A stretch of 64,000 nt of DNA, taken from the NCBI GenBank assembly GCA_963931165.1, contig OZ006985.1, positions 744,532 to 808,531 of the forward strand, given 5' to 3'. Under the pieces are notes generated by a model. That model was not told the DNA's origin, did no database searches, and saw only the letters and a list, made by a program, of their open reading frames with translations. Shown piece by piece: positions 10,075 through 19,318 of the stretch. This stretch comes from an uncultured Christensenellaceae bacterium (lineage in GTDB: Bacteria; Bacillota; Clostridia; Christensenellales; UBA3700). Position numbers and translations under genes: made by a program. Position 1 is the stretch's first letter. Each line of letters starts with the position of its first letter.

Positions 10075-10498
10075 GAAAAAACGGCGCGTCCGCACCGCGG
10101 TCACGATCGCGTTCACGCTCGTCGTGATCGGCGTCGTCATAGGGATCATGTTCGCGGTCGACAGCTGCGAGCAAAAGACCTACCTCGACATGGGGCAGAC
10201 CTACGAGGACGGGGACAGACGGCTGACCCCGACAGATATGGACGTATTCCTCGAAGGAGAGACGCTCTACGTCTTCTTCACGCTCGAGGGGAGCGGCGTC
10301 GCGATCGACGACTTGAAGTTGGACGGCTGCGAGGTCGTACATGAAAGATCCGTTGCCGAAAAGTACGGCTTCACACTCTTTGACGGAGAGGAGCTGGACG
10401 GCGTCGGAGTCGTGATGTTCGAGGTCGAGCAAAAGGGGTACGAGAGAGAATTGACATACCGCAAGGCGGTGTTCAGAGTGGGCGTGCTGACACCTTAA
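10055..10498 (+). CDS. Hypothetical protein with N-terminal membrane anchor
   Basis: RKKKRR followed by one TM helix; host-like codon usage; overlaps upstream stop. Confidence 0.6.
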   Translation: MREQERKKKRRVRTAVTIAFTLVVIGVVIGIMFAVDSCEQKTYLDMGQTYEDGDRRLTPTDMDVFLEGETLYVFFTLEGSGVAIDDLKLDGCEVVHERSVAEKYGFTLFDGEELDGVGVVMFEVEQKGYERELTYRKAVFRVGVLTP

Positions 10499-10568
10499 AA
10501 GTGAAGATAACGCACACATAAACCAAAAAATAAAATTTGCGGCAACGCATAAAGTATAGGGAGACGCA

Positions 10569-12143
10569 ATGATCCAAGTAACCGATCTAACGCTTCAATT
10601 CGGCGGAAGAAAACTGTTCGAGGACGTAAACCTCAAATTCACCGAGGGCAATTGCTACGGCATCATCGGCGCGAACGGCGCCGGTAAATCCACCTTTCTC
10701 AAGGTGCTCTCGGGCGAGATAGAACCGACGCGCGGACATGTGTCCGTCGGCAAGGGGCAGCGCATAAGCGTGCTGCACCAAAACCAAAACGACTTCGACG
10801 ACTGCACCGTCATGCGCACCGTGCTGCTCGGGCACAAGAAGTTGATGGACATCTGGGACGAAAAGGACGCCCTCTACGCAAAGCCCGACTTCTCGGACGA
10901 GGACGGAGTGCGCGCGGGCGAGCTTGAAAACGAGTTCGCCGAACTCGGCGGCTGGGAGGCGGAGAGCGAGGCGGCGTCGCTGCTCAACGAACTCAAATTC
11001 AGCGAGGAGTATCACGACAAGCTGATGAAGGAACTCGACGCCAAGCAAAAGGTCAAGATCTTGCTCGCGCAGGCGCTGTTCGGCAACCCCGACATCCTCA
11101 TCCTCGACGAGCCGACCAACAACCTCGACGCAAAGAGCGTCATGTGGCTGGAAAAGTTCTTGCTCGACTTCAAGAACACGCTGATCATCGTGTCGCACAA
11201 CCGTCACTTCCTCAACAAGGTGTGCACGCACATCTGCGACGTCGACTACGGCAAGATCAATATGTACGTCGGCAACTACGACTTCTGGTACGAGACCAAC
11301 CAATTGCTGCAAAAGCAGGCGCGCGAAGCCAACAAAAAGGCTGAGGCGAGGGCAAAGGAGCTGCAAGACTTCATCGCGCGATTTGCCGCCAACGCGTCCA
11401 AGTCGAGACAGGCGACTTCGCGCAAAAAGGAGTTGGAAAAGCTCACGCTCGAGGACATCAAACCGTCGATGCGCAAGTATCCGTACATCAACTTTGAGTT
11501 TTCGCAAGAGCTGGGCAAAGAGGTGCTGACCGTCGAGGGCTTGACCAAAAAGGGGTTCTTCCACGACGTCAGCTTCACCGTGCAAAAGGGCGAAAAGATC
11601 GCGTTCATCGGCGAGAGGTCGGTCGAGGTGTCCATGCTGTTCGACATCCTCGCCGGCGTCGAAAAGCCCGATTCGGGCAAGATCGTCTGGGGCAAGACGG
11701 TCACGACGGGCTATCTGCCGCAAAACTTCGACAGCTTCTTCGACGGCTGCAAACTCGACCTCGTGAAGTGGATCGACCAATGGTCCAAAGAGCACGACGA
11801 GACCTATCTTCGCAGTTGGCTCGGCAGGATGCTCTTCTCGGGCGACGAGGTCAAAAAGAGCGCGAGCGTGCTCAGCGGCGGCGAAAAAGTGCGCTGTATG
11901 ATGGCGCGCGCGATGCTCACCGCCGGCAACGTCCTCATCATGGACGAGCCGACCAACCACCTCGACCTCGAGGCGATCACCGCGCTCAACAAGGGATTGA
12001 TCAACTACAAGGGCTGTCTGCTGTTCTCGTCGCACGACCAGGAATTGATGCAGACCACCGCAAACCGTATCATAGAGATCAACGGTACCAAGACATTCGA
12101 CAAGCTCACCACTTACGAGGACTACCTCGAAATGAGCGATTGA
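10569..12143 (+). CDS. ABC-F family ATPase (YbiT/YkpA-like)
   Basis: Two NBDs (GANGAGKST, LDEPTNNL; LSGGE, MDEPTNHL), inter-NBD linker, no TM domain. Confidence 0.92.
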   Translation: MIQVTDLTLQFGGRKLFEDVNLKFTEGNCYGIIGANGAGKSTFLKVLSGEIEPTRGHVSVGKGQRISVLHQNQNDFDDCTVMRTVLLGHKKLMDIWDEKDALYAKPDFSDEDGVRAGELENEFAELGGWEAESEAASLLNELKFSEEYHDKLMKELDAKQKVKILLAQALFGNPDILILDEPTNNLDAKSVMWLEKFLLDFKNTLIIVSHNRHFLNKVCTHICDVDYGKINMYVGNYDFWYETNQLLQKQAREANKKAEARAKELQDFIARFAANASKSRQATSRKKELEKLTLEDIKPSMRKYPYINFEFSQELGKEVLTVEGLTKKGFFHDVSFTVQKGEKIAFIGERSVEVSMLFDILAGVEKPDSGKIVWGKTVTTGYLPQNFDSFFDGCKLDLVKWIDQWSKEHDETYLRSWLGRMLFSGDEVKKSASVLSGGEKVRCMMARAMLTAGNVLIMDEPTNHLDLEAITALNKGLINYKGCLLFSSHDQELMQTTANRIIEINGTKTFDKLTTYEDYLEMSD

Positions 12144-12152
12144 GGAGGAAAT

Positions 12153-12638
12153 ATGGACAAGCAAAACGAGACCATTCTCAAGATCTTGAAACAGGACAGC
12201 CGCTTCACCGCGGCGCAGATCGCTGCCGCTTCCGGCATGACCGAGGCGGAGGTGCAGGGGCGCATCACCGCGATGGAGAACGAGGGGATCATCTCCGGCT
12301 ATACCGTGCTCACAGACATCGAAAAGGCAGATGAGGACGCGGTCGTCGCGCTGATCGAGGTCAACGTCACCCCGATGATGAGCGCCGGGTTCGATTCCAT
12401 CGCGCGCAGCATTTGCCGCAACGAAGAGGTCAAAGACCTCTACCTTATGAGCGGCAGCTACGACCTCGCCCTCATCGTCGAGGGACGCAACTTGCGCGAG
12501 GTCGCGCGCTTTGTGTCCGAAAAGCTGTCCGTCCTCAAGGACGTCACTTCCACTTCGACCCATTTCATCCTCAAAAAATATAAGAACGAGGGCGTCATCC
12601 TGGATCGCGAGAAAGAGAAGAGAGAAGAATTGATATGA
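12153..12638 (+). CDS. Lrp/AsnC family transcriptional regulator
   Basis: N-terminal HTH (LKQDSRFTAAQIA) and LMSGSYDL RAM-domain motif. Confidence 0.92.
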   Translation: MDKQNETILKILKQDSRFTAAQIAAASGMTEAEVQGRITAMENEGIISGYTVLTDIEKADEDAVVALIEVNVTPMMSAGFDSIARSICRNEEVKDLYLMSGSYDLALIVEGRNLREVARFVSEKLSVLKDVTSTSTHFILKKYKNEGVILDREKEKREELI

Positions 12639-13822
12639 ACTACGACAAGTACTTCACCGACACGGTCAAACACATCAAGCCGTCCGGGATAAGGAAATTT
12701 TTCGACGCCGCGTCCATATATAAGGACGTCGTGTCTCTCGGCGTCGGCGAGCCCGACTTCGACACCCCGTGGACGGCGCGCGAGGCGGCGATCCGCAGCA
12801 TTCGCAGCGGCTTCACCCACTATACCGCCAACAGCGGGCTCATCAAACTGCGCGAGGAGATCGCGCGGTATATGTCCGTGCGCTTCGACCTCAAATACGA
12901 CCCCAAAGACGAGATCTTCGTCACCGTCGGCGCAAGCGAGCCCATCTATCTGATGCTGCGCACCTTCGTCGGCGAGGGCGACGAGGTCGTCGTCCCCGAC
13001 CCGTCGTATGTCTCGTATGCGCCCAGCGTAGAGCTGTGCGGAGGAAAGGCGGTCAGCGCAAAGTGCAGGGCGGAGGATTCGTTCGCACTCACTCCGAGCG
13101 CGCTCGAAGAGGCGATCACCCCGAGGACAAAGGTGCTCATCTTGCCCTATCCCAACAACCCCACCGGCGCGATCATGACCGGTCCTCAGCTCAAGGCGAT
13201 CGCCGACATCGTCAAAAAACACGACCTGTTTGTGCTGTCCGACGAGATCTATGCCGAACTCACCTACGGCGGCAAACACGTCAGCATCGCCACGCTCGAA
13301 GGCATGCGCGAGCGTACCGTCGTCATCAACGGGTTCAGCAAGGCGTTCGCGATGACCGGCTGGAGATTGGGCTTTGTCTGCGCGCCGCGCGAGGTGGAAA
13401 AACAGATGCTCAAGATCCACCAATACATCATCATGTGCGCCCCGACAAGCGCGCAATACGCCGGTCTGCAAATGCTCAAATCGGCGTTTGAGGACAACTT
13501 CTCCGCGGTCGAGGAGATGAGAGAGGAGTACAACGTGCGCCGCCGCTTCCTCGTCGACAGACTCAACAAGATGGGCTTGACCTGCTTTGAGCCGAGAGGC
13601 GCGTTCTACGTCTTCCCGTGTGTGCGCTCGACGGGCATGGACGGAGAGCAGTTCGCCGAGAGATTGATCGAGAGCAAAAAAGTCGCCGTCGTCCCCGGCG
13701 GTGCGTTCGGGGAGAGCGGCAAAGACTTCGTCCGCATAAGCTACGCCTACTCGCTGTCCGACCTCAAAAAGGCGATGGACAGGATCGAGGAATTTGTCAA
13801 CGAATTAAGCCAAAGCAAATGA
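12635..13822 (+). CDS. Class I/II PLP-dependent aminotransferase
   Basis: GEPDF, PNNPTG, SDEIY and SKAFAMTGWRLG motifs. Confidence 0.94.
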   Translation: MNYDKYFTDTVKHIKPSGIRKFFDAASIYKDVVSLGVGEPDFDTPWTAREAAIRSIRSGFTHYTANSGLIKLREEIARYMSVRFDLKYDPKDEIFVTVGASEPIYLMLRTFVGEGDEVVVPDPSYVSYAPSVELCGGKAVSAKCRAEDSFALTPSALEEAITPRTKVLILPYPNNPTGAIMTGPQLKAIADIVKKHDLFVLSDEIYAELTYGGKHVSIATLEGMRERTVVINGFSKAFAMTGWRLGFVCAPREVEKQMLKIHQYIIMCAPTSAQYAGLQMLKSAFEDNFSAVEEMREEYNVRRRFLVDRLNKMGLTCFEPRGAFYVFPCVRSTGMDGEQFAERLIESKKVAVVPGGAFGESGKDFVRISYAYSLSDLKKAMDRIEEFVNELSQSK

Positions 13823-13832
13823 CATTGTCACG

Positions 13833-13864
13833 AAAAGCCGTTTTGGCACAAAAAGACGGCTTTT
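13833..13864 (+). terminator. Intrinsic terminator after aminotransferase
   Basis: AAAAGCCGT...ACGGCTTTT inverted repeat. Confidence 0.7.
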
Positions 13865-13904
13865 CGGGCATCGAAAAAATTTTTCAAAAATTTGCAAAAA
13901 ACAG

Positions 13905-13933
13905 TTGACAGATTTCAAGGTTAGTGGTATAAT
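13905..13933 (+). promoter_or_regulatory. Consensus sigmaA promoter with no downstream + strand gene
   Basis: TTGACA-17bp-TGGTATAAT. Confidence 0.8.
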
Positions 13934-13939
13934 GCAACC

Positions 13940-14025
13940 GTAATCAACAAGAGCTCATAATTTTCCCCCTTATCATATAAAGGAAGGGAGGTGCTAGAAT
14001 CAGTCTGGTACCTCCCTTTCTTTTT
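13940..14025 (+). ncRNA. Candidate orphan small RNA (about 86 nt)
   Basis: Consensus promoter, then terminator AAGGGAGGT...ACCTCCCTT followed by a T-run; no ATG ORF. Confidence 0.5.
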
Positions 14026-14026
14026 C

Positions 14027-14157
14027 TTGAGCGCGTATAGCGGCGCACCTTCGCCCCGTTCGGAACGTCTCGTCGGCTGACCGTGTACGTTTTAGTACAC
14101 TGGGTCGCCGCCTCGCAACCCGAACGGGGCGAATCTGCACCACTCTCCGCGCTCAAG
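14027..14157. repeat. Long imperfect hairpin, member of a dispersed intergenic repeat family
   Basis: CTTGAGCGCG/CGCGCTCAAG outer stem and TTCGCCCCGTTCGG/CCGAACGGGGCGAA inner stem; 14110-14151 matches 21253-21294 at 41/42. Confidence 0.75.
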
Positions 14158-14208
14158 GTTTTGTGACCGCGCAAGCGGTCAAGAAAAAGCGGTTTTGTGC
14201 GGAGACAT

Positions 14209-14949
14209 TCAAAGCGACAAAACTTCGGTGATCTTTGCCGCTATGATCCTGTATGCTTTGCCGTTGACGTGGAGTCCGTCCGGGGTGAGGTCGGCACGAA
14301 GGAGTCCGTCTTGGTCGACCAAGAGGGAGTGGACGTCGACATAGGTCGCGCCGTAGCGGGCGCAGATGTCGGGCAGTGCGGCGTTGACGGCGAGCACGTC
14401 TTCGTTGGTGCGGTCGGAGACGAAATTCATATATTGAGGGAAGGTGTTCGGGTTGAGAGGATAGAGGGATTGGACGATGATCTTCGCGGAGGTCTCCTCG
14501 GTGAGGATGGACAAAATTTGCGATATGTTTTGAGTTATTTGTTCGGGAGTGGCGTCGTGGTGAAGGTCGTTGGCGCCGCCCAAAAACACGACGACGGACG
14601 GGTCGAGCTTGGCGACGTTGGAGCGGACGCGCTCAAGCATGCCGCTTGTGGTGTCGCCGGCGATGCCGCGGTTGATCGCGTTCAGGTCGGGGTAAAATTC
14701 GTCGAGGTCGCAGAACTCGGTCAGCGAGTCGCCGAAAAAGACGACGCCGCCCTTGGGGTCGTCGCTCGCCGCATAGGCGTTCGCCTTTGCCTGTTTGGAG
14801 CCGAGAAGTTTGAACATGTTGTCACCGTAAGCCTGCCAAAAGACGAGAAAGACGGAGAGAGCGACGGCGATGACGGCGGTCGCGAGAAAGAGCAGCGGAA
14901 GGCGAAGTCTTTCGCTGCGAAATTCGTCTTTGGCGGTCGATGTTTTCAT
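14209..14949 (-). CDS. SGNH/GDSL-family esterase with N-terminal membrane anchor
   Basis: GDSLT, GGAND and DGLH blocks; start ATG 14949 lies 6 nt after TATAAT. Confidence 0.88.
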   Translation of the reverse strand: MKTSTAKDEFRSERLRLPLLFLATAVIAVALSVFLVFWQAYGDNMFKLLGSKQAKANAYAASDDPKGGVVFFGDSLTEFCDLDEFYPDLNAINRGIAGDTTSGMLERVRSNVAKLDPSVVVFLGGANDLHHDATPEQITQNISQILSILTEETSAKIIVQSLYPLNPNTFPQYMNFVSDRTNEDVLAVNAALPDICARYGATYVDVHSLLVDQDGLLRADLTPDGLHVNGKAYRIIAAKITEVLSL

Positions 14950-15118
14950 ATCTTCATTATAGCCCTTTGCGGCGAGATAGTCAACGGCAAAACGGGAGAT
15001 CTGCCGCCCGGGAAAAATCTGCCGCCAAAATGTCTTCAAAATTGTGGTTATAAATATTTACAAACGCGTGCGCGCTATGATATAATAGTCGCAGAATGTA
15101 TTTGGAGAAGGTTTATCT

Positions 15119-18100
15119 ATGAGCAAGAAAACCGATTTGAACAACATCGACACCAAGTTCGATCCCAAGCGCGTCTCCAAGGCGGGTCCCGAAAACGACC
15201 TGCTGTTGGACTATGAGTCCGAGCGCGTCGTCGCCGGTAAGGGCGGCCTCGAGAACACCGTAGGCTACAACCTGCCGCCCAAGCAAAACGAGATCCGCTA
15301 CGGCAAAAAGGTGGACCCTCAGCGCAGAGTGCACAGATATCACGGCCCCGGCGTCGGACTGCTTGTATGCGTGATGCTGCTCTTGGTCGTCATCGCGTGC
15401 GTCGGCTGCGGCAGCGCGCTGTGGGCGTGGGACAGATATGCATATCCCTATGTCAACCTCAGCCTGCCCGAGGCGTTCTCGCTCGCGTCCGAGATGTACG
15501 AGGTCGATCCCGACAAGGTCGTCACCAATCCGTACGACCCCGAGGCTGATCTCGACAGCTTTTACGCTTCGTTCAAAGAGGGGATGTATCTGTCTGCGGA
15601 CTGCGACATCACGATCGCGGACATCGTCAACGCGGTGATGCCGTCCGAAGGAGAGGGCGAAGAGAGCCGCGTCGGCGACGACGTCAACGCCGAAAATCCG
15701 GACACCGGCAGCGATCCGCTCAACGCACTGCTCGAAAGGCTGGAGTTTGACTTTGACAGACTTGACAAACAGACAAACGAGGATCTCGAAAAAGAGGTGC
15801 TCGAGATCGGAGACAAGGAGCTTGCCGCGGTGCTCAACGAGGCAATGCAGACCGCTTTCGAGATCGATCAGCTCGTCGAGATCAGTGAACAATATGCGAT
15901 CGACTTCCCCAACCTCATCAAGGTCGAGCAGGTCGTCATCGACGGCGTCGAGAGCGTCGCGCGTCAAGACAATACGCGCGTGCTTGCCACCGTTTCGGTC
16001 AACATCGGCGACAACATCGAGGGCATTGCGCGCAACGCGTACGACAATATCCTCCGTCCGCAGATCGCCGAGAGCAAGCCTGACCTCGCCGGCACTCTGG
16101 ACGGAATGAGCGGTACGATCATCTCGGTGCTGAAAAAGATTTTGCCCGATATGCTCTATTTGACCGTTGCGGTCTATCCCAACGACACCGACAGGGCGGC
16201 TTATGTCACCTACAACAATGTCGAAGACGAGGGCAAGCAGGAGCTGATCGACAAACTCTTCCAAGGTCAATATCTGCAGATGACTGACGTCGACGTCAAC
16301 CTCAACGGCGTCCTCGACCCCGAAGAGAACGGCGTGTCGATGTCGATACCGCAGATCGCGGGCGGCATCGTTGCGAACACCATCGCCTCGCTCAACGAGA
16401 CGATCATGCTCAACTTCACCAACACCGAGGACAGCAACGGCGTCTTCCAAACCAAGCCGATCGAGTTCATGCTTTCCATCTTGGGCGCGGACAACATCAG
16501 TCAAGGTCAATTCCTTGCGATCATGCGCGACGTTCAAGTGCCGTACGACCGCATGGCGGAAGAGTATCCCGATGCGGACGACGGCGACCTCTACAGCGAC
16601 GTGACGCTCGCCGCCAACCTCGACAAATTCATTGACGGCGAGGGCGTGAAGGGTACGCTGACGAGTCAATACTATTTCGACAATACCGACGAAAATGGCG
16701 AACGCGTGCTCACCGCAGAGACGCTGTTCGACAACATCCAAGATCTGATGAGCGAAGACATGATCAAGCAGATCAAGATCGCGGACAAGGAAAATTGGAA
16801 CAAGGGCGACGACTACGTCTACGACGCCGACGAGTTCAAACCCGTCGCCGATTACAACGCACTGCCCGGATTGATCAACGGCTATCTCGGCACGCAGACG
16901 GAAGGAGGCATCGCCGGTATGCCGGCAAAGGTGCTCAAGGCGGCATACCTCGACAACGGCACGCAGGAGGGCGCAATCACGTTGACGATCAAGGCGGATC
17001 TGCTTGCGCTGGTCGAAGAGTCGCTCGGAGGGGAGGAGGAAGGCGAGTCCGACCCGATGGCGAACCTCGTCACGCAGCTGCTGCCGAAAGCGATCTATCT
17101 CAACGTCAACTACGCCCTCGACGGCACGAGCGACGTCACGATCACGATCAACGATGTCGACGAGGAGTACGGCGACGGACAATCGGCGGCGGACTTCGAG
17201 ACCATTTTCAATCTGCTCGCGCTGTTCGGCGTCAATCTTGAGATGGAAACGGAAAGCGGAGTGATCGTCATCGACAATTATGACGAGATCTGCGAGATGG
17301 TCGGCGACACGATCGCTTCGGCATTCGACGAGCTGGGCGTGAGATTGGGCGGCAACCTCGAGTTTACAAAGGACAACGTGCTGTTCCCCAACATCTTCCA
17401 GGTCATTTCCGCAAACGAGATCTTCTCGTACAGCTATGACCCCCAGCTTGCGGAGGAGATGACCAAAGAGGAATTCGAAGAAACTTATGCGATCGACGAC
17501 GCGGAACTTTATACCATCCTCGACGCAATGTACGGATATGAGACGACGGGCAGCGATCTCGGAGAGAATATCGCTAATGTGAAAAGTGAATTGGACAAGA
17601 AGTATTATGTCAATTTGACCAGCGAAAATGCAGAGGGGCTTTTCGAAGAGATCGAAGGTCTCAAAACGCATCTCGGCAAGCTGAGGATCAACAATGACGG
17701 TGCCGTAGGCGACGATAAAGCAAGGTATATGGTTCAAGACTCGCGTGAGACCAAAGATCTCTATCCGTTGCTCAACGCGACCGACATCGCCGCATTGATC
17801 AAGGGCTCGCGCAAGTTGGATATGGCGAGCATTTCGATCTTGACCGAAACCGTCATCACAAGCAGTACGATCGAAAACGTCGGAGGCAAAGACCGCATTG
17901 TCTTCGAGGTCACCGGAACAGTCAATCCCGAAGCGGAAGGAGTGGACCCAAGCGCGGCAAAGTATAAGCCGCTATTCCCCACAAAAATGTCCGTGTTCGT
18001 CACGATCACCGAGATCACCGAGGGCGAGACGGAGTTTGAGACGTCGGTCAATCTCAACGGTATCGAAGACGATTTGATGACCAAGACGATGTTCTTCGTC

Positions 18101-19309
18101 GCAAGGCTGTCCGGCAACAGGGATATGACGAAAAAGAACGTCGAAGAAGATATCTCGACAGATATCAACGACGCGTTCGACTCGCTGACTTCGGACGGAG
18201 CGGTCACGTTGGACATCGACGGAACGAACAAGAATGTGAGGCTCGGCAATGTCTTCGAGGTCGCGACCGCCGCGATCTGGGAAGAGGAGGACGGCACGAT
18301 TTCCGACAAGCGTCCCTCTGACGTATTGTTCAGAAGCACGATCAAGGAGCTGTGGGCGGGGCTTGACGGCTACGGGCAAGCCAACGGCGAAAAAATCAAG
18401 GCGCTCGGATATACCGAAAGGATCGCGCCGTTCAGTGTCAATGGGTTGAGCGCGGATACGCGCATATCGGACGCGTTCATCGGTTCGCAGATGGCGACCG
18501 AGGAAAATATGAACAACATCACCGACGCGCTCGGCATAACCAACAAAGACGCGGTCTCCGTATATCAGACGTACATCGTGCCCAGCAGCGGAACGCCGGC
18601 GTCACCGGAAACCGGATATTCGGAAGAGGCGAGATACAACGCGATCAAAGAGTATTTCGACGGCACGGGACTCATCAGCGGAAGCGGCAGCGGCGATATG
18701 CTCTTTACGCTCAGGCTCGGCAAAGAAGCGCTGAACGGCGTTAAGAACTCGGAAGGCGAATTGATGTCGATCAGCGAAGATATGCAGCACTTCGTCCCCG
18801 ACGACTTATTCGTCAGCGCGGGCATCACGATCTCCGAGCAAGGTTTGAACGATGTGAGGATCGTCATCAACAGGCTTGACGCGGAAGAGCAGAGTGAGCA
18901 GAGTGAGCAGAGTGTGTTGCAGGATATGCTCGCCAGGTTCGGCGTCGATATCGCCGGATTGTTCGGCGGAGAGGACACGACTCTTGCCAACAAGATAGCG
19001 GCAACGCCCATCGTGACGCTTACGGAAAAAGAATTCTCGGGATTGCCCGAACCGATCTCGGTGACGGTCAGAGACTTGTTCAATTATGCCGGCGGTAAGG
19101 ATGGCGGAACGCGCTTTGTTTCGGAGATCACGGAGGATCTTGGACAAGACAACAGCTACGAGAGCAGCTATATCTATTGGGACTACACCGGCGATTACGA
19201 CAAAGCCGATCCTTCGAAGTTCGAGTCCGGTCTGCCGGAGGTCGACCACGTCGGGCTCGGCTATCTGTACTACCGGATCGATCTCAGAGATTATGTGTCC
19301 GGCAATTGA
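15119..19309 (+). CDS. Large acidic membrane-anchored hypothetical protein (1396 aa) with about four internal modules
   Basis: One TM near the N-terminus; recurring L/F-P-x-x-L-Y/F-L/V and I-x-I/L-N motifs. Confidence 0.8.
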   Translation: MSKKTDLNNIDTKFDPKRVSKAGPENDLLLDYESERVVAGKGGLENTVGYNLPPKQNEIRYGKKVDPQRRVHRYHGPGVGLLVCVMLLLVVIACVGCGSALWAWDRYAYPYVNLSLPEAFSLASEMYEVDPDKVVTNPYDPEADLDSFYASFKEGMYLSADCDITIADIVNAVMPSEGEGEESRVGDDVNAENPDTGSDPLNALLERLEFDFDRLDKQTNEDLEKEVLEIGDKELAAVLNEAMQTAFEIDQLVEISEQYAIDFPNLIKVEQVVIDGVESVARQDNTRVLATVSVNIGDNIEGIARNAYDNILRPQIAESKPDLAGTLDGMSGTIISVLKKILPDMLYLTVAVYPNDTDRAAYVTYNNVEDEGKQELIDKLFQGQYLQMTDVDVNLNGVLDPEENGVSMSIPQIAGGIVANTIASLNETIMLNFTNTEDSNGVFQTKPIEFMLSILGADNISQGQFLAIMRDVQVPYDRMAEEYPDADDGDLYSDVTLAANLDKFIDGEGVKGTLTSQYYFDNTDENGERVLTAETLFDNIQDLMSEDMIKQIKIADKENWNKGDDYVYDADEFKPVADYNALPGLINGYLGTQTEGGIAGMPAKVLKAAYLDNGTQEGAITLTIKADLLALVEESLGGEEEGESDPMANLVTQLLPKAIYLNVNYALDGTSDVTITINDVDEEYGDGQSAADFETIFNLLALFGVNLEMETESGVIVIDNYDEICEMVGDTIASAFDELGVRLGGNLEFTKDNVLFPNIFQVISANEIFSYSYDPQLAEEMTKEEFEETYAIDDAELYTILDAMYGYETTGSDLGENIANVKSELDKKYYVNLTSENAEGLFEEIEGLKTHLGKLRINNDGAVGDDKARYMVQDSRETKDLYPLLNATDIAALIKGSRKLDMASISILTETVITSSTIENVGGKDRIVFEVTGTVNPEAEGVDPSAAKYKPLFPTKMSVFVTITEITEGETEFETSVNLNGIEDDLMTKTMFFVARLSGNRDMTKKNVEEDISTDINDAFDSLTSDGAVTLDIDGTNKNVRLGNVFEVATAAIWEEEDGTISDKRPSDVLFRSTIKELWAGLDGYGQANGEKIKALGYTERIAPFSVNGLSADTRISDAFIGSQMATEENMNNITDALGITNKDAVSVYQTYIVPSSGTPASPETGYSEEARYNAIKEYFDGTGLISGSGSGDMLFTLRLGKEALNGVKNSEGELMSISEDMQHFVPDDLFVSAGITISEQGLNDVRIVINRLDAEEQSEQSEQSVLQDMLARFGVDIAGLFGGEDTTLANKIAATPIVTLTEKEFSGLPEPISVTVRDLFNYAGGKDGGTRFVSEITEDLGQDNSYESSYIYWDYTGDYDKADPSKFESGLPEVDHVGLGYLYYRIDLRDYVSGN
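18887..18913 (+). repeat. In-frame 9-bp tandem repeat (GAGCAGAGT)x3
   Basis: Encodes EQSEQSEQS in the 1396-aa protein. Confidence 0.85.
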
Positions 19310-19318
19310 GGTCGAACT

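Noticed and set aside
13940-14160. RNase P RNA, 6S RNA or SRP RNA
   Set aside because: No RNase P P4 or SRP GGAA-loop motifs seen. The 131-nt hairpin is short for 6S and half of it recurs elsewhere. An Rfam scan would settle it.
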